DNA from: Bryobacterales bacterium
GTDB lineage: Bacteria; Acidobacteriota; Terriglobia; Bryobacterales; Bryobacteraceae
Assembly (NCBI GenBank): GCA_963817515.1
Contig: CAWFPJ010000002.1
Span: 39,454 to 103,453, forward strand
Length of the DNA stretch: 64,000 nucleotides
Reading direction: 5' to 3'
In this document: piece by piece, positions 47,122 through 56,762 of the stretch
Layout of the letters: each line of letters begins with the position of its first letter
How positions within the stretch are numbered: position 1 is the first letter of the stretch
The notes under the pieces: generated by a model
Database searches by the model: none
The model's input: only the letters and a program-made list of their open reading frames with translations
What the model was told of the DNA's origin: nothing
Position numbers and translations under genes: made by a program

Positions 47122-49791
47122 ATGGGAAAAACCGCCGGCTCAGACAGAAGGACTTTCTTCCAGCAGGCGGCCGCCGCCGTGGGCGCATCGCAGATCTCCA
47201 TCGCCCAGACGCGCGCAGGGGCCGCTGCCGATTACCCACGCGTCTTCTCCGGCGAAAAATTGAAGATGATCGCTTTCCCGCTCGGCGGCGTGGGCGCGGG
47301 CAGCATCAGCCTTGGCGGCAGGGGTCAACTTCGCGATTGGGAAATATTCAACAAGCCAAACAAAGGCTTTTCTCCCGCCTATGCCTTCCCCGCCATTTGG
47401 GCGCGGACGGGGAGCGCCAAGCCGGTGACGCGCGTTCTGGAAGCCCACATCCTTCCCCCTTATGAAGGGCAAAACGGACTCGGCTCCAACAACGCTCCCG
47501 GGCTCTCCCGGCTCGAATCCGCCAGGTTCACCGGCGAATATCCGCTGGCCCGAGTCGATTTCGAGGACCGGTCGCTGCCTGTCAGAGTCTCGCTCGAAGC
47601 CTTTTCGCCGTTTATCCCGCACGAAGCCGATGAATCCGGCCTCCCGGTCGCCGTGATGCGATATCGCGTAACGAACCCAAATTTGGCCAAAGCCGTCGTC
47701 TCGATCGCTTTTTCGATTGATAACCCTATGAAAGGGAACGATCCAAAGGCAAACAACCAGCCGCTGGACAGCAGCACGCTCTCGGGCCTGGTCATGCACA
47801 GCCCGGACTTGCCGCCCGAGGACCCCATGCTGGGCGAATTCGTTCTGTGCTCGCCCAAAGCCGCCGGGGCCAGCGTAGATCTGTGGCGCGGCTGGCCGCA
47901 GGGCCGCTGGTGGAACTCGCCGATGCTGTTCTGGGATGATTTCTCGGATGACGGCCGGCTGTCGGCCGAGCCCGATCCGCGTAACGGCGTTGGCGTGCTC
48001 TCGCTCCAGCGCACCATCCCAGCGGGCGGCTCGGCCGAATTCAGCTTCATTCTCGCCTGGCGCTTCCCCAACCGCACGCCGGATTGGTGCGGCTGGAAAG
48101 CACCCAAAGGTCACGAGAAAACCATCATCGGGAATCACTACTGCACCCGGTTTCCCACGGCGCTGGCGGCTGCCGAATACGCCTCCGCCAATCTGAAGCG
48201 CCTTGAAAGCCAGACCCGCCTGTTCGCCCGGGCCATGCGCGAAAGCACGCTCCCGGGCGTGGTGAAGGAGGCGGCCGGCGCCAATCTCTCGACGCTTGCC
48301 AGCACCACTTGCTTCCGGACCGCGGACGGCGAATTTCACGGATTCGAAGGCGTCAACGACCATAACGGCTGCTGCTTCGGGAACTGCACCCACGTCTGGA
48401 ATTACGAAAGCGCCACGCCGCATCTGTTCCCATCGCTTGCCCGGTCGCTGCGCGCCGCGGCTTTCGGTTATTGCATGGATGACGCAGGCGCCATGCACTT
48501 CCGCCAGTTGCTGCCCGACGGTGTGGAGCGCTCAGGTTTCGCCGCCACAGACGGCCAGATGGGGCAGATCGTGCACGCCTACCTGGATTGGTCGCTCTCC
48601 GGAGACACTGAGTGGCTCCGCCGCATGTGGCCCCGCATCAAGAAGGGCCTGGAATTTGCCTGGGTGCCGGGCGGCTGGGATGCCGATAAAGACGGAGTAC
48701 TGGAAGGCGTCCAGCACAACACCTATGATGTCGAGTTCTACGGACCCAACCCTATGTGCGGCATCTACTATCTGGCCGCACTGCGGGCCGGTGAAGAAAT
48801 GGCGCAAGCTGTCCAGGACGGTAACTCGGCTGCCGAATATCGCCGGCTCTTCGAATCGGGAAGTAAGTGGATTGACGCCAACTTATTCAACGGCGAATTC
48901 TACATACAGAAAATTCAGGGCTTCTCGAAAGAGAAAATCGCGCTTTCGCTGCGCAGTAACATGGGCTCGGAAGATACCGAACACCCGCAATACCAGGTGG
49001 GCGAAGGCTGCCTGGTGGATCAGCTTGTGGGCCAATACCTGGCGGAGGTCGCGGGCCTGGGACCATTAGTCTCGCGGGACAAAGTCAGAAAGACGCTGGC
49101 TTCGATCTACCGCTATAACCACAAGCGTTCACTTGCGAATCACGATACCGTGCAACGGACTTTCGCTCTGAACAACGAAGCCGCCATGGTCATCTGTGAC
49201 TATGGAAAGGCCGAGCGTCCACGAATTCCTTTCCCATATTATGCGGAAGTAATGACGGGTTTTGAGTACTCCACCGCGGCCCATATGCTGTACGCCGGCC
49301 TGCTGCGCGAAGGCGTGGAGTGTATCGGTAACATACGCGCACGCTACGACGGGGAGAAACGCAATCCGTGGGACGAGGCGGAATGCGGCCACCACTATGC
49401 CCGCGCCATGGCCGCCTGGTCCGCGGTGCTGGCCCTCAGCGGCTTCCGCTACCACGGCCCTAAAGCTGCGGTGACGGCTGTGCCGCGGGTTCCGGTGGAT
49501 CGCTTCACCTGCTTCTGGTCTACCGCCACGGGCTGGGGCGTTTTCTCGACCGGCCCCGGCCTCGAAATCAAGGTGCTGCACGGGAGCCTGCCTTGCCAGT
49601 CCTGCGAGTTCCCGCGGCCTGCCATCGAAAAAGACGCTGGTACCACAAGCGCGGCCACGCTCGATGGAAAAGCCCTTGACCATCGCATCGAACGGTCTGG
49701 TTCGCGCGCCGTGTTCCGTTTTGCGGAGCCGCTCATGCTAGTGGAGGGCAGCGTTCTGAGGCTTGGCGTTCATGCATCGGGACACGCATGA
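47122..49791 (+). CDS. Glycoside hydrolase family 116 (GBA2-type beta-glucosidase / glucosylceramidase-like), Tat signal
   Basis: I place the start at ATG 47122 (MGKTAGSDRRTFFQQAAAAVGAS). FPLGGVGAGSISLGGRGQLRDWEIFNKPNKG is the GH116 N-domain signature. C-terminal six-hairpin catalytic region (CCFGNCTHVWNYE, YDVEFYGPNPMCG). Confidence 0.8.
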   Translation: MGKTAGSDRRTFFQQAAAAVGASQISIAQTRAGAAADYPRVFSGEKLKMIAFPLGGVGAGSISLGGRGQLRDWEIFNKPNKGFSPAYAFPAIWARTGSAKPVTRVLEAHILPPYEGQNGLGSNNAPGLSRLESARFTGEYPLARVDFEDRSLPVRVSLEAFSPFIPHEADESGLPVAVMRYRVTNPNLAKAVVSIAFSIDNPMKGNDPKANNQPLDSSTLSGLVMHSPDLPPEDPMLGEFVLCSPKAAGASVDLWRGWPQGRWWNSPMLFWDDFSDDGRLSAEPDPRNGVGVLSLQRTIPAGGSAEFSFILAWRFPNRTPDWCGWKAPKGHEKTIIGNHYCTRFPTALAAAEYASANLKRLESQTRLFARAMRESTLPGVVKEAAGANLSTLASTTCFRTADGEFHGFEGVNDHNGCCFGNCTHVWNYESATPHLFPSLARSLRAAAFGYCMDDAGAMHFRQLLPDGVERSGFAATDGQMGQIVHAYLDWSLSGDTEWLRRMWPRIKKGLEFAWVPGGWDADKDGVLEGVQHNTYDVEFYGPNPMCGIYYLAALRAGEEMAQAVQDGNSAAEYRRLFESGSKWIDANLFNGEFYIQKIQGFSKEKIALSLRSNMGSEDTEHPQYQVGEGCLVDQLVGQYLAEVAGLGPLVSRDKVRKTLASIYRYNHKRSLANHDTVQRTFALNNEAAMVICDYGKAERPRIPFPYYAEVMTGFEYSTAAHMLYAGLLREGVECIGNIRARYDGEKRNPWDEAECGHHYARAMAAWSAVLALSGFRYHGPKAAVTAVPRVPVDRFTCFWSTATGWGVFSTGPGLEIKVLHGSLPCQSCEFPRPAIEKDAGTTSAATLDGKALDHRIERSGSRAVFRFAEPLMLVEGSVLRLGVHASGHA

Positions 49792-50833
49792 ACGGCGTCC
49801 ACACCTGGTGGTGGTCGGCGGTTTCCTGGGCGCGGGAAAAACCAGCCTCATCCTGGCGGCCGCGCGCGTGCTTGGGGACCGAGGTCTGAGCAGCGCTATC
49901 ATCCTGAACGATCAGGGCGAATCCCTGGTGGATACTGAAGTGGCGCGATCGAACGGATTGCATGCGGGGGAGGTAACCGGGGGCTGCTTCTGCTGCCGCT
50001 TCTCGGAACTCATTGAGGTCGCCGGGCAACTCAGTGCACACTCGCCCGATGTCATTTTCGCCGAGCCTGTCGGCAGTTGCACAGATCTCTCGGCCACTAT
50101 TTTGCAACCCATTCAAGATGCCTACCGCAAAATGTTTCGGCTGGCGCCCCTGACCTTGCTGGTCGACCCGGGCCGCGTTCAACAGCTGCAGAACCCGGAC
50201 ATCGCGTTCCTATTCGGAAAGCAATTGGAAGAGGCCGACTTGGTCTGTTTCACGAAGTCCGACCTTTATCCCGATCCGCCGCGCCTGGCTGGAACTAGTA
50301 CCCGCCAACTCAGCGCCCGCACCGGTCAGGGCGTGGCTGCATGGCTGGATGAAATCATGACCGGCAAGCTGGGGCTGGGCGGCACCATTCTGGACATCGA
50401 CTACCAACGCTATGCGCAGGCGGAGGCGGCGCTCGCGTGGCTCAATGCCGAAGCCGATCTTGAGAGCGACCCGCCGCTTTCACCAGCTATGCTCCTGGGC
50501 CCTTTTCTGGATCAGTTGGACCGCGAACTCAGCGAGGCCGCAATCCCCATCGTGCACATGAAGGCGTTTGATCATGCGCCTACAGGATGGCTCAAAGCGG
50601 CTCTTTGCGCCAACGGTGAAGAGCCTTCGGTGGAAGGCGCGCTGGATGCTTCCCCCGCCGCCAACCATCACTTGCTGCTCAACCTGCGTGCGGCCGCTGC
50701 GCCGAAGCCTGTTCGGGTGATCGTGGAACGCGCCTTCGCAAGCCTGCCCGGCCGTCTTTCGGGTTTCGAGCTTAGTTGCTTTAGCCCGGCGGCGCCGAAA
50801 CCGGAGCGCCGGACGACAAAGCGGGCGCTGTGA
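49772..50833 (+). CDS. CobW/HypB/UreG-family (G3E) GTPase
   Basis: P-loop VVVGGFLGAGKTSL, the GCFCC motif, and IFAEPVGSCTDL. Its start (ATG 49772, or 49763 in the ORF track) overlaps the GH116 3' end. Confidence 0.7.
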   Translation: MHRDTHERRPHLVVVGGFLGAGKTSLILAAARVLGDRGLSSAIILNDQGESLVDTEVARSNGLHAGEVTGGCFCCRFSELIEVAGQLSAHSPDVIFAEPVGSCTDLSATILQPIQDAYRKMFRLAPLTLLVDPGRVQQLQNPDIAFLFGKQLEEADLVCFTKSDLYPDPPRLAGTSTRQLSARTGQGVAAWLDEIMTGKLGLGGTILDIDYQRYAQAEAALAWLNAEADLESDPPLSPAMLLGPFLDQLDRELSEAAIPIVHMKAFDHAPTGWLKAALCANGEEPSVEGALDASPAANHHLLLNLRAAAAPKPVRVIVERAFASLPGRLSGFELSCFSPAAPKPERRTTKRAL

Positions 50834-50859
50834 CGCTCCCTCACGGTCGCGGCTCGGAT
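50833..50859. repeat. REP-like intergenic repeat, copy B
   Basis: ACGCTCCCTCACGGTCGCGGCTCGGAT is identical over 27 nt to copy A. It starts at the last base of the upstream stop codon and lies between convergent genes. Confidence 0.75.
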
Positions 50860-50871
50860 GGCGAAACCGCC

Positions 50872-51840
50872 TTATTTCTTGACGCCGGGAACAAAACCGC
50901 GGACTTTCGTCTTCATCCGGTAAATCGATGTCCGCGATGAGAAGTAAATCGTGCTGTAGTCGGCATCTCCCCAATTGAAATTGGCAGTGGATTCCGGCAG
51001 CATGATGGTACCCAGGTGATTGCCTTCGGGGTCCCAGACCCAGACGCCGCCCGGACCGGTGCAATAGACATTGCCCTTCATGTCGACGCGCATTCCATCG
51101 GGAGCGCCTCCGCGCCCTTCTTCTTTGCCGAATAGCCTTCCGTTCTGCAACTCCATTTTGGAGTCCACGTCGTAAACGCGAATCTCGTGCTGCCTGGTGT
51201 CATTGACGTAGAGGCGCTTGCCATCGGGCGAGAAGGTCAAGCCGTTCGGGGTTGGAAGATCCTTGGTCAACAGGCGCACTGATCCGTCTTGCCCCAGGCG
51301 GAAAACTCCTTGAAAATCCAACTCCTGCTTTTCGCCCTTGACCAGATCGAGCGTGGGATCGGTGAAGTAGAGCGCTCCGTCCGGACCCAGCACGATGTCG
51401 TTCGGGCTGTTGAACTTTTTTCCTTCGAACTTATCGGCCAGCACTTTGTACTTGCCGTCGGGATCCACCTGAATGATGGCGCGCAGCACGCTCGCGGTAG
51501 TGACCAGATGGCCTTGGGCGTCGAGCGTGCTTCCATCAGGGTCGCCGATTTCAAGCAGCGTCTCCACGCGGCCGTCCGGGTAAACGCGCGAGAGCTTGTT
51601 TTTTTCTTCATCGCTGACGTAGAGAAACCCATGCGGGTCCCAGACCGGACCTTCGGTAAATCCGAAGCCGGTGGCGATCTTTTCCAGCTGGGCGCCTTGC
51701 GTGAAGAGGTCCCAGAATTTGGGTGATTCCGCTTTGAGTTCAAACTGGCGCGGAGGACCGCCCTTGGCCTGGAAAGCGACGGCATAGGAACTGAATAGCG
51801 CGAGTATGCCAATGGCAGACGCGACCATACCTAATTTCAT
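50872..51840 (-). CDS. SMP-30/gluconolactonase/LRE family protein, secreted
   Basis: I place the start at ATG 51840 (MKLGMVASAIGILALFSSYAVA). FTEGPVWDPHGFLYVSD, NSPNDIVLGPDGALYFTDP, PNGLTFSPDGKRLYV, PDGMRVDMKGNVY. Confidence 0.8.
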   Translation of the reverse strand: MKLGMVASAIGILALFSSYAVAFQAKGGPPRQFELKAESPKFWDLFTQGAQLEKIATGFGFTEGPVWDPHGFLYVSDEEKNKLSRVYPDGRVETLLEIGDPDGSTLDAQGHLVTTASVLRAIIQVDPDGKYKVLADKFEGKKFNSPNDIVLGPDGALYFTDPTLDLVKGEKQELDFQGVFRLGQDGSVRLLTKDLPTPNGLTFSPDGKRLYVNDTRQHEIRVYDVDSKMELQNGRLFGKEEGRGGAPDGMRVDMKGNVYCTGPGGVWVWDPEGNHLGTIMLPESTANFNWGDADYSTIYFSSRTSIYRMKTKVRGFVPGVKK

Positions 51841-51893
51841 TGCGCGTGCGAGTCTCAATTTTCTTTTGTCCTGCACTTCAGAATTTCCTTTCC

Positions 51894-54266
51894 TTATCGC
51901 AAACTGAAGGCGAGAATGGTTGAGCCCGCCGCCACGGCAATGTACTGGTTGCCCTCCACTGCGTATGTCATCGGACCCGCCTTCCAGCTCTGGCCCGTGT
52001 TGAAGTGCCACAACGGCTTGCCGTTTTTCACGTCGGCCGCAATGAAGGCGCCGTTGCCGTCTCCATAGAAAAGAAGTCCGCCGGCTGTGGACATCAGGCC
52101 GCTTGCCAGAATCCCGCCGCCGATATCCGGAATTTCCCAAGCCGTCTTGCCCGTCTGGATGTCAATGGCTTTCAGAAATTTCCCCGAGACTATGTCGCTG
52201 GGGGGCCGGCGTGTGCCGCCGCCATAGAACGATTTGCCGGCCTCCCACCACTGGTCGTTCTTGCTGTAGACGTTGCAGGATTCTTCCGCGAACATATAGT
52301 ACAAGCCGGTGGCCGGGTTAAATGAGTTGGACGTCCAGTTCGCCGCTCCGGCCACAGCCGGGCAGGTCAACTGGCCCTCCACCGTGGGCTCGTTCCCCGG
52401 CAGCAGCTTAGGCCGGCCGTCGGGGCCGATGCCGCTGGCCCAGGTTACTTTTTTGACAAACGGTTCGGCCACCAGAACCTTGCCGGTGATGCGGTCCAGC
52501 ACGTAGAAAAATCCGTTGCGGTTCCCCTGGAGCATCAGCTTGCGCGGCTGGCCGTGGAACTGCGTATCCACCAACACCGGAGTTTCAGTGGCGTCCCAAT
52601 CGTGGAGGTCGTGCGGGGTGAATTGGTAATACCATTTGAGTTTGCCCACGGCGGGGTCCAGTGCCAGCACGGAAGCGCTATACAGATTGTCTCCCTTGCG
52701 TTCGTCGCCGTTATAGTCGGGGCAGGGATTGCCGGTGGGCCAGTAAAGCAGCCTGGTCTCGGGATCGTATGTGCCGGTGAGCCACGTGGCGCCGCACCCA
52801 TGCTCAATCGCGCGGCCGACCCAAGTTTCAGAGCCTGGCTCACCCGGCGCCGGAATAGTCCAGAAACGCCATACGCGCTCGCCGGTGGAGGCTTTGTAGG
52901 CATCAAGGAAACCGCGGACCCCTTCGTCTCCGCCAGAGACGCCGATGATCACCAGGTCATTCACCACCAGCGGCGCGCCGGTGGAACCGTAGTTCTGGCG
53001 CGAATCGGCCATCTCCACATCCCAGAGAAGCTGGCCGGTGAAGCGATGCAGCGCGAACACGTGAGCGTTGTCGCTGACCATGAACACCCGGTCGCCCAGC
53101 ACCGCTACGCCGCGGTTAATGCCGCTGGCCGCGTCGCCTGCCAGGCCTTGCGAACGCGGCCGGCTGTAGTGCCAGATCTCGCGCCCGCTGCGGGCATCGA
53201 GCGCGTACGCCTCATTCACCGCCGTTACGTACATCACGCCATCCACCACCACCGGCGTGCCTTCAAGCGCGCGCGGGGATCCAGGAATGGCGAACATCCA
53301 CTTGGGCGCCAGGCGTTCGACGTTGCTGATATCGATCTGCTTGAGCGGGCTGAAACGGTTGCCGCTCTGGTTGCCATCGTAGGTGGGCCAGGTGCCGGGC
53401 TTGGGATAGGCCACGTCATCGAATACCACTCCAGGCCCCATTTGACCGGTTGCCAGCGTCGCCTTAGCATTAGGATCGGGGCTGAGCCGGCTGAGGTAAG
53501 CCACTAAATCGCGCATCTGGGCGGCGCTGGCTTCGACCTTCGGCATGAGGGTTTTCTCGCGCACCACTTCGGCCACCTGATCCTTCGAGAGCAGGTGCAG
53601 CTTGCCGTCCATGCCCAGCAGTTGCAGGTCGAAGGCGCTTTCGTTCTTGGCGATGCCGCGAATTGATTGGCCGTCGCGCAAGCGTACAGTCACGGCGTGG
53701 TAGGGTTGCGGGCCGCCGCGTCCACCGCGTCCGCCACGGCCCGTCGCGGCAGCGGGTGCGGCTCCTGGATCACGCAGGGCCTGTTCGATTTGGGCCGGCC
53801 TGCGATCACGGCCGATGGTGGAAAGATCGGGGCCCAGCACGCCGCCGCGCCCCTGCACCATATGGCAACTGGTGCAGTTGCCCTGGCCGGAAAAGAAGTG
53901 CTCGCCTGCTACCGGATCACCCGGCGCGGCCCCGGCGTTAGCTGTCGCCGCACCGGCGCCGGCCGGCGACTTCAACGTCATCACAAACGCTGCGATAGCA
54001 TCGGCCTCAGCCGTGGGAATCTGGAAGGCCGGCATGCCTCCATCGGGAATGCCCTTGAGGATCAAATCGCGCACGGCATCTTTCGAGGTGGCGCGAGGCC
54101 GGCGGACGTCCACAATGTTGGGGCCATGTCCGCCGCCGCTTCCGTCTTCGCCATGGCAGCCAACGCAGCGCGCCTGGTACGGCCGCCGGCCTGCCTCAGC
54201 CGTTTGAGCGCTGGCCTGGTTCCAGAAAAGCGCCACGCAAATTGCCAGGGTAGAGATTCGAATCAT
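51894..54266 (-). CDS. PQQ-dependent dehydrogenase (8-bladed propeller) with two N-terminal c-type haem sites
   Basis: Signal peptide. CVGCH and CTSCH sites lie in the first 150 aa or so. Then comes PQQ-propeller text (WPTYDGNQSGNRFSPL, GTPVVVDGVMYV, ALDARSGREIWHY, W-motif repeats). Confidence 0.8.
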   Translation of the reverse strand: MIRISTLAICVALFWNQASAQTAEAGRRPYQARCVGCHGEDGSGGGHGPNIVDVRRPRATSKDAVRDLILKGIPDGGMPAFQIPTAEADAIAAFVMTLKSPAGAGAATANAGAAPGDPVAGEHFFSGQGNCTSCHMVQGRGGVLGPDLSTIGRDRRPAQIEQALRDPGAAPAAATGRGGRGGRGGPQPYHAVTVRLRDGQSIRGIAKNESAFDLQLLGMDGKLHLLSKDQVAEVVREKTLMPKVEASAAQMRDLVAYLSRLSPDPNAKATLATGQMGPGVVFDDVAYPKPGTWPTYDGNQSGNRFSPLKQIDISNVERLAPKWMFAIPGSPRALEGTPVVVDGVMYVTAVNEAYALDARSGREIWHYSRPRSQGLAGDAASGINRGVAVLGDRVFMVSDNAHVFALHRFTGQLLWDVEMADSRQNYGSTGAPLVVNDLVIIGVSGGDEGVRGFLDAYKASTGERVWRFWTIPAPGEPGSETWVGRAIEHGCGATWLTGTYDPETRLLYWPTGNPCPDYNGDERKGDNLYSASVLALDPAVGKLKWYYQFTPHDLHDWDATETPVLVDTQFHGQPRKLMLQGNRNGFFYVLDRITGKVLVAEPFVKKVTWASGIGPDGRPKLLPGNEPTVEGQLTCPAVAGAANWTSNSFNPATGLYYMFAEESCNVYSKNDQWWEAGKSFYGGGTRRPPSDIVSGKFLKAIDIQTGKTAWEIPDIGGGILASGLMSTAGGLLFYGDGNGAFIAADVKNGKPLWHFNTGQSWKAGPMTYAVEGNQYIAVAAGSTILAFSLR

Positions 54267-54483
54267 GTGTTAAACACCTCCTGCCGCGCTCAATTCATGC
54301 TCCCGAGTGTTGTTAGTTTATACAATAACGCGAACCTTTGCCATTCCCGGAATCGCGCACGATTGCCAAATCGTAATCTCCGCGCTATTCCGGCCCGAGC
54401 GGCCGGCCGAATTCGGAGGTATCATTTCAAGAATCGCTTCCGAGACCGTTCGAGGTTTTGCGAGTAATGAGGAGAAGGCTGCC

Positions 54484-55482
54484 ATGACAAGAAGAATGGA
54501 AACGGCGCTGGGCCTGGCTGTGATGGTTCAGGCGCTGGGCATTGGTTTGTCGGTTCCGGTTTGCGCCCGGGCGCAGTGGACGCTCACAAAGGAACAGATG
54601 ACCGCTTATACCGCCATGAATCCCTACGAGCGTTTTCCCGACGGGCGGCCCAAGGTGCCGGACGCCCTTCTGGAGAAAGTGAAGGGGCTGGTGATTGAAG
54701 AGGCGTGGGGCGCCGTGCGCCAGGGATGCAGCGCCGGGCGCGGCGGCGGAGGGAATGCCGGCGGAAATGCGGGCCGTGGTGGGCGCGGAGCCGCTGCGGC
54801 GGCGGGCGGGGGTGGATGCTTTCCCAACCAGTACGCCGGCGACTGGAAAATTCTGAATCCCGGGAAGAGATTGGTGGGACGCGCTTTCACGGTGCAGTTT
54901 ATGCCCACCAGGCCGGACGTGGCCGGAGCCATGCAGGCGGAGGCAGAGAGCAAAGGCCTGGGGCGTCTGCGCAACCAGACGGTCATCGACATGCTTCAAC
55001 CGGGCGACGTAATCGTGGTGGATCTGTTCGGCAAGATTGACAGCGGCACATTCGTTGGCGACAAGCTGGCCTACTATATCTGGAAAACCACGGGAACGGG
55101 CATGGTGGTGGATGGGGCAATGTTCTGGCTGGGAAAGATCATCCCGACGGGCATGCCGGCGTACTACCGCGGAACCTCTCCGGATTCGTTGGGCAACGTG
55201 ATGCTGACCGGCATCAACATACCGATCCGTATCGGCACCGCCACCGTCATGCCCGGCGACGTGGTGCTGGGTGATGAAGAGGGCCTGTTGTTCATCCCTC
55301 CGCACCTGGTGCAGGCCTCGATTGATGCTGCCGACAGCACCAAGGCTCGCGATGAATGGATCAAGCAGAAGATGGACCTGCGGAAGTACAAATCGAGCGA
55401 ACTGTATGGAAGGCCGAGCGACCCGGCGCTTCAGAAAGAGATGGACGAGTACATCAAGACGCACCAGCCACCCAAACAGTAG
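54484..55482 (+). CDS. RraA-fold (RraA / HMG-aldolase-like) protein with a signal peptide and a Gly-rich insert
   Basis: GAGGAGA lies upstream of ATG 54484. Signal LGLAVMVQALGIGLSVPVCARA. GRAFTVQFMP, PGDVIVVDLFGKIDSGTFVGDKLA, GMVVDGA, and GDVVLGDEEGLLFIPPHL fit the RraA fold. The low-complexity stretch GRGGGGNAGGNAGRGGRGAAAAAGGGG lies at about 54727-54818. Confidence 0.55.
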   Translation: MTRRMETALGLAVMVQALGIGLSVPVCARAQWTLTKEQMTAYTAMNPYERFPDGRPKVPDALLEKVKGLVIEEAWGAVRQGCSAGRGGGGNAGGNAGRGGRGAAAAAGGGGCFPNQYAGDWKILNPGKRLVGRAFTVQFMPTRPDVAGAMQAEAESKGLGRLRNQTVIDMLQPGDVIVVDLFGKIDSGTFVGDKLAYYIWKTTGTGMVVDGAMFWLGKIIPTGMPAYYRGTSPDSLGNVMLTGINIPIRIGTATVMPGDVVLGDEEGLLFIPPHLVQASIDAADSTKARDEWIKQKMDLRKYKSSELYGRPSDPALQKEMDEYIKTHQPPKQ

Positions 55483-55526
55483 CGCCACCGAAGTATCGAA
55501 TGGCCGAACTGGTTCACCTTACCTAA

Positions 55527-56576
55527 ATGCGGCTACCGGCATTTCTCTGGATGATGACCGTATCGGCGGCATGCTGCGCTACGGCTGCCGCCCGCGCCAT
55601 CCCCGTCAAAGTGGTGGTGGTGACGATGTTCGAGCGCGGCGCGGACACGGGGGACGAGCCCGGAGAGTTTCAGTTTTGGGTGGAGCGCAACAAACTGGAT
55701 CGCGTGATTTCGTTTCCGCAGGGCTACCACGACCTGCGGATGAACCGTGATGGCGTGCTCGGGATCCTGACGGGCGTCGGTACCGCGAAGGCGGCGGCCA
55801 GTATTATGGCGCTTGGCCTGGACCCGCGTTTCGACTTACGCAAAGCTTATTGGCTGGTGGCCGGAATTGCGGGTATCGATCCTGCCGACGGCTCCCTGGG
55901 ATCGGCGGCATGGGCGGAATGGGTGGTGGAAGGCGACCTGGGCCACGAGATCGACGCCCGCGAAATCCCCGCGGATTGGAAGACCGGATACGTGCCGCTG
56001 CGCAAGTCAGTGCCTTACGAAAAACCCCGGTTGGAGGTGGATGGAATGACCTACCATCTGAACGCCGGGCTGACGGACTGGGCTTTTAACCTGACGCGCA
56101 ACGTGGTGCTGATGGATAGCCAACCGATGCAGCAGGAGCGCCGGCAGTTTGCATCCGCCAATGCTCAGCGGCCTCCGTTCGTGCTGAAGGGCGATACGCT
56201 TTCGGGCTCGACCTTCTGGCACGGAAAGCTGCTCAGCCAATGGGCCAACGATTGGGTCAGCTACCATACCGATGGAAAGGCCAATTATGTGACCACGGCG
56301 ATGGAGGACACTGGTACGCTGCAGTCGTTGACTTTTTTGGCGAAGGCCGGCCGTGTTGATTTGAACCGCGTGCTGGTTCTGCGGACGGCCAGTGATTTCG
56401 ATCAACAAAGGCCCGGCATGAGTGCGGCCGAAAGCCTGGCGCAAAACAAGATCGGGAAATACACGGGATACCTGCCGGCCCTGGAAGCCGCGTGGAGAGT
56501 GGGAAATGCGGTGGTGGCGGAGTTGGTGAAAGACTGGGGGCGGTATCGCGAACAGATTCCGGGAGTTAAGCGGTAA
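55527..56576 (+). CDS. Purine nucleoside permease (NUP family)
   Basis: KVVVVTMFERGADTGDEPGEFQFWVER, GILTGVGTAKAAASIMALGLDPRFDLRKAYWLVAGIAGIDP, and TAMEDTGTLQSL are typical of the family. Confidence 0.7.
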   Translation: MRLPAFLWMMTVSAACCATAAARAIPVKVVVVTMFERGADTGDEPGEFQFWVERNKLDRVISFPQGYHDLRMNRDGVLGILTGVGTAKAAASIMALGLDPRFDLRKAYWLVAGIAGIDPADGSLGSAAWAEWVVEGDLGHEIDAREIPADWKTGYVPLRKSVPYEKPRLEVDGMTYHLNAGLTDWAFNLTRNVVLMDSQPMQQERRQFASANAQRPPFVLKGDTLSGSTFWHGKLLSQWANDWVSYHTDGKANYVTTAMEDTGTLQSLTFLAKAGRVDLNRVLVLRTASDFDQQRPGMSAAESLAQNKIGKYTGYLPALEAAWRVGNAVVAELVKDWGRYREQIPGVKR

Positions 56577-56618
56577 TGTATTTGAGGTCAGGATGAGCTC
56601 CGCGAGACGTGAGCATGA

Positions 56619-56735
56619 TCGCTCCCTCACGGTCGCGGCTCCGATCAGAGCCGCGCACGTCGGCACGTGAGGATGATCCTTCAGCTCACTACGACGGATA
56701 TAAGTCGGAACCGAGGCGCGACCGTGAGGGAGCGC
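56619..56735. repeat. REP-like repeat, copies C1 (direct) and C2 (inverted), forming a composite inverted pair
   Basis: C1 at 56619-56659: TCGCTCCCTCACGGTCGCGGCTCCGATCAGAGCCGCGCACG. The reverse complement of C2 (56711-56734) is CGCTCCCTCACGGTCGCGCCTCGG. A flanking ACGTGAG(C/G)ATGATC motif occurs twice, at about 56608 and 56666. Confidence 0.7.
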
Positions 56736-56762
56736 TACTATCACTAACGCTACACTGTCTGA

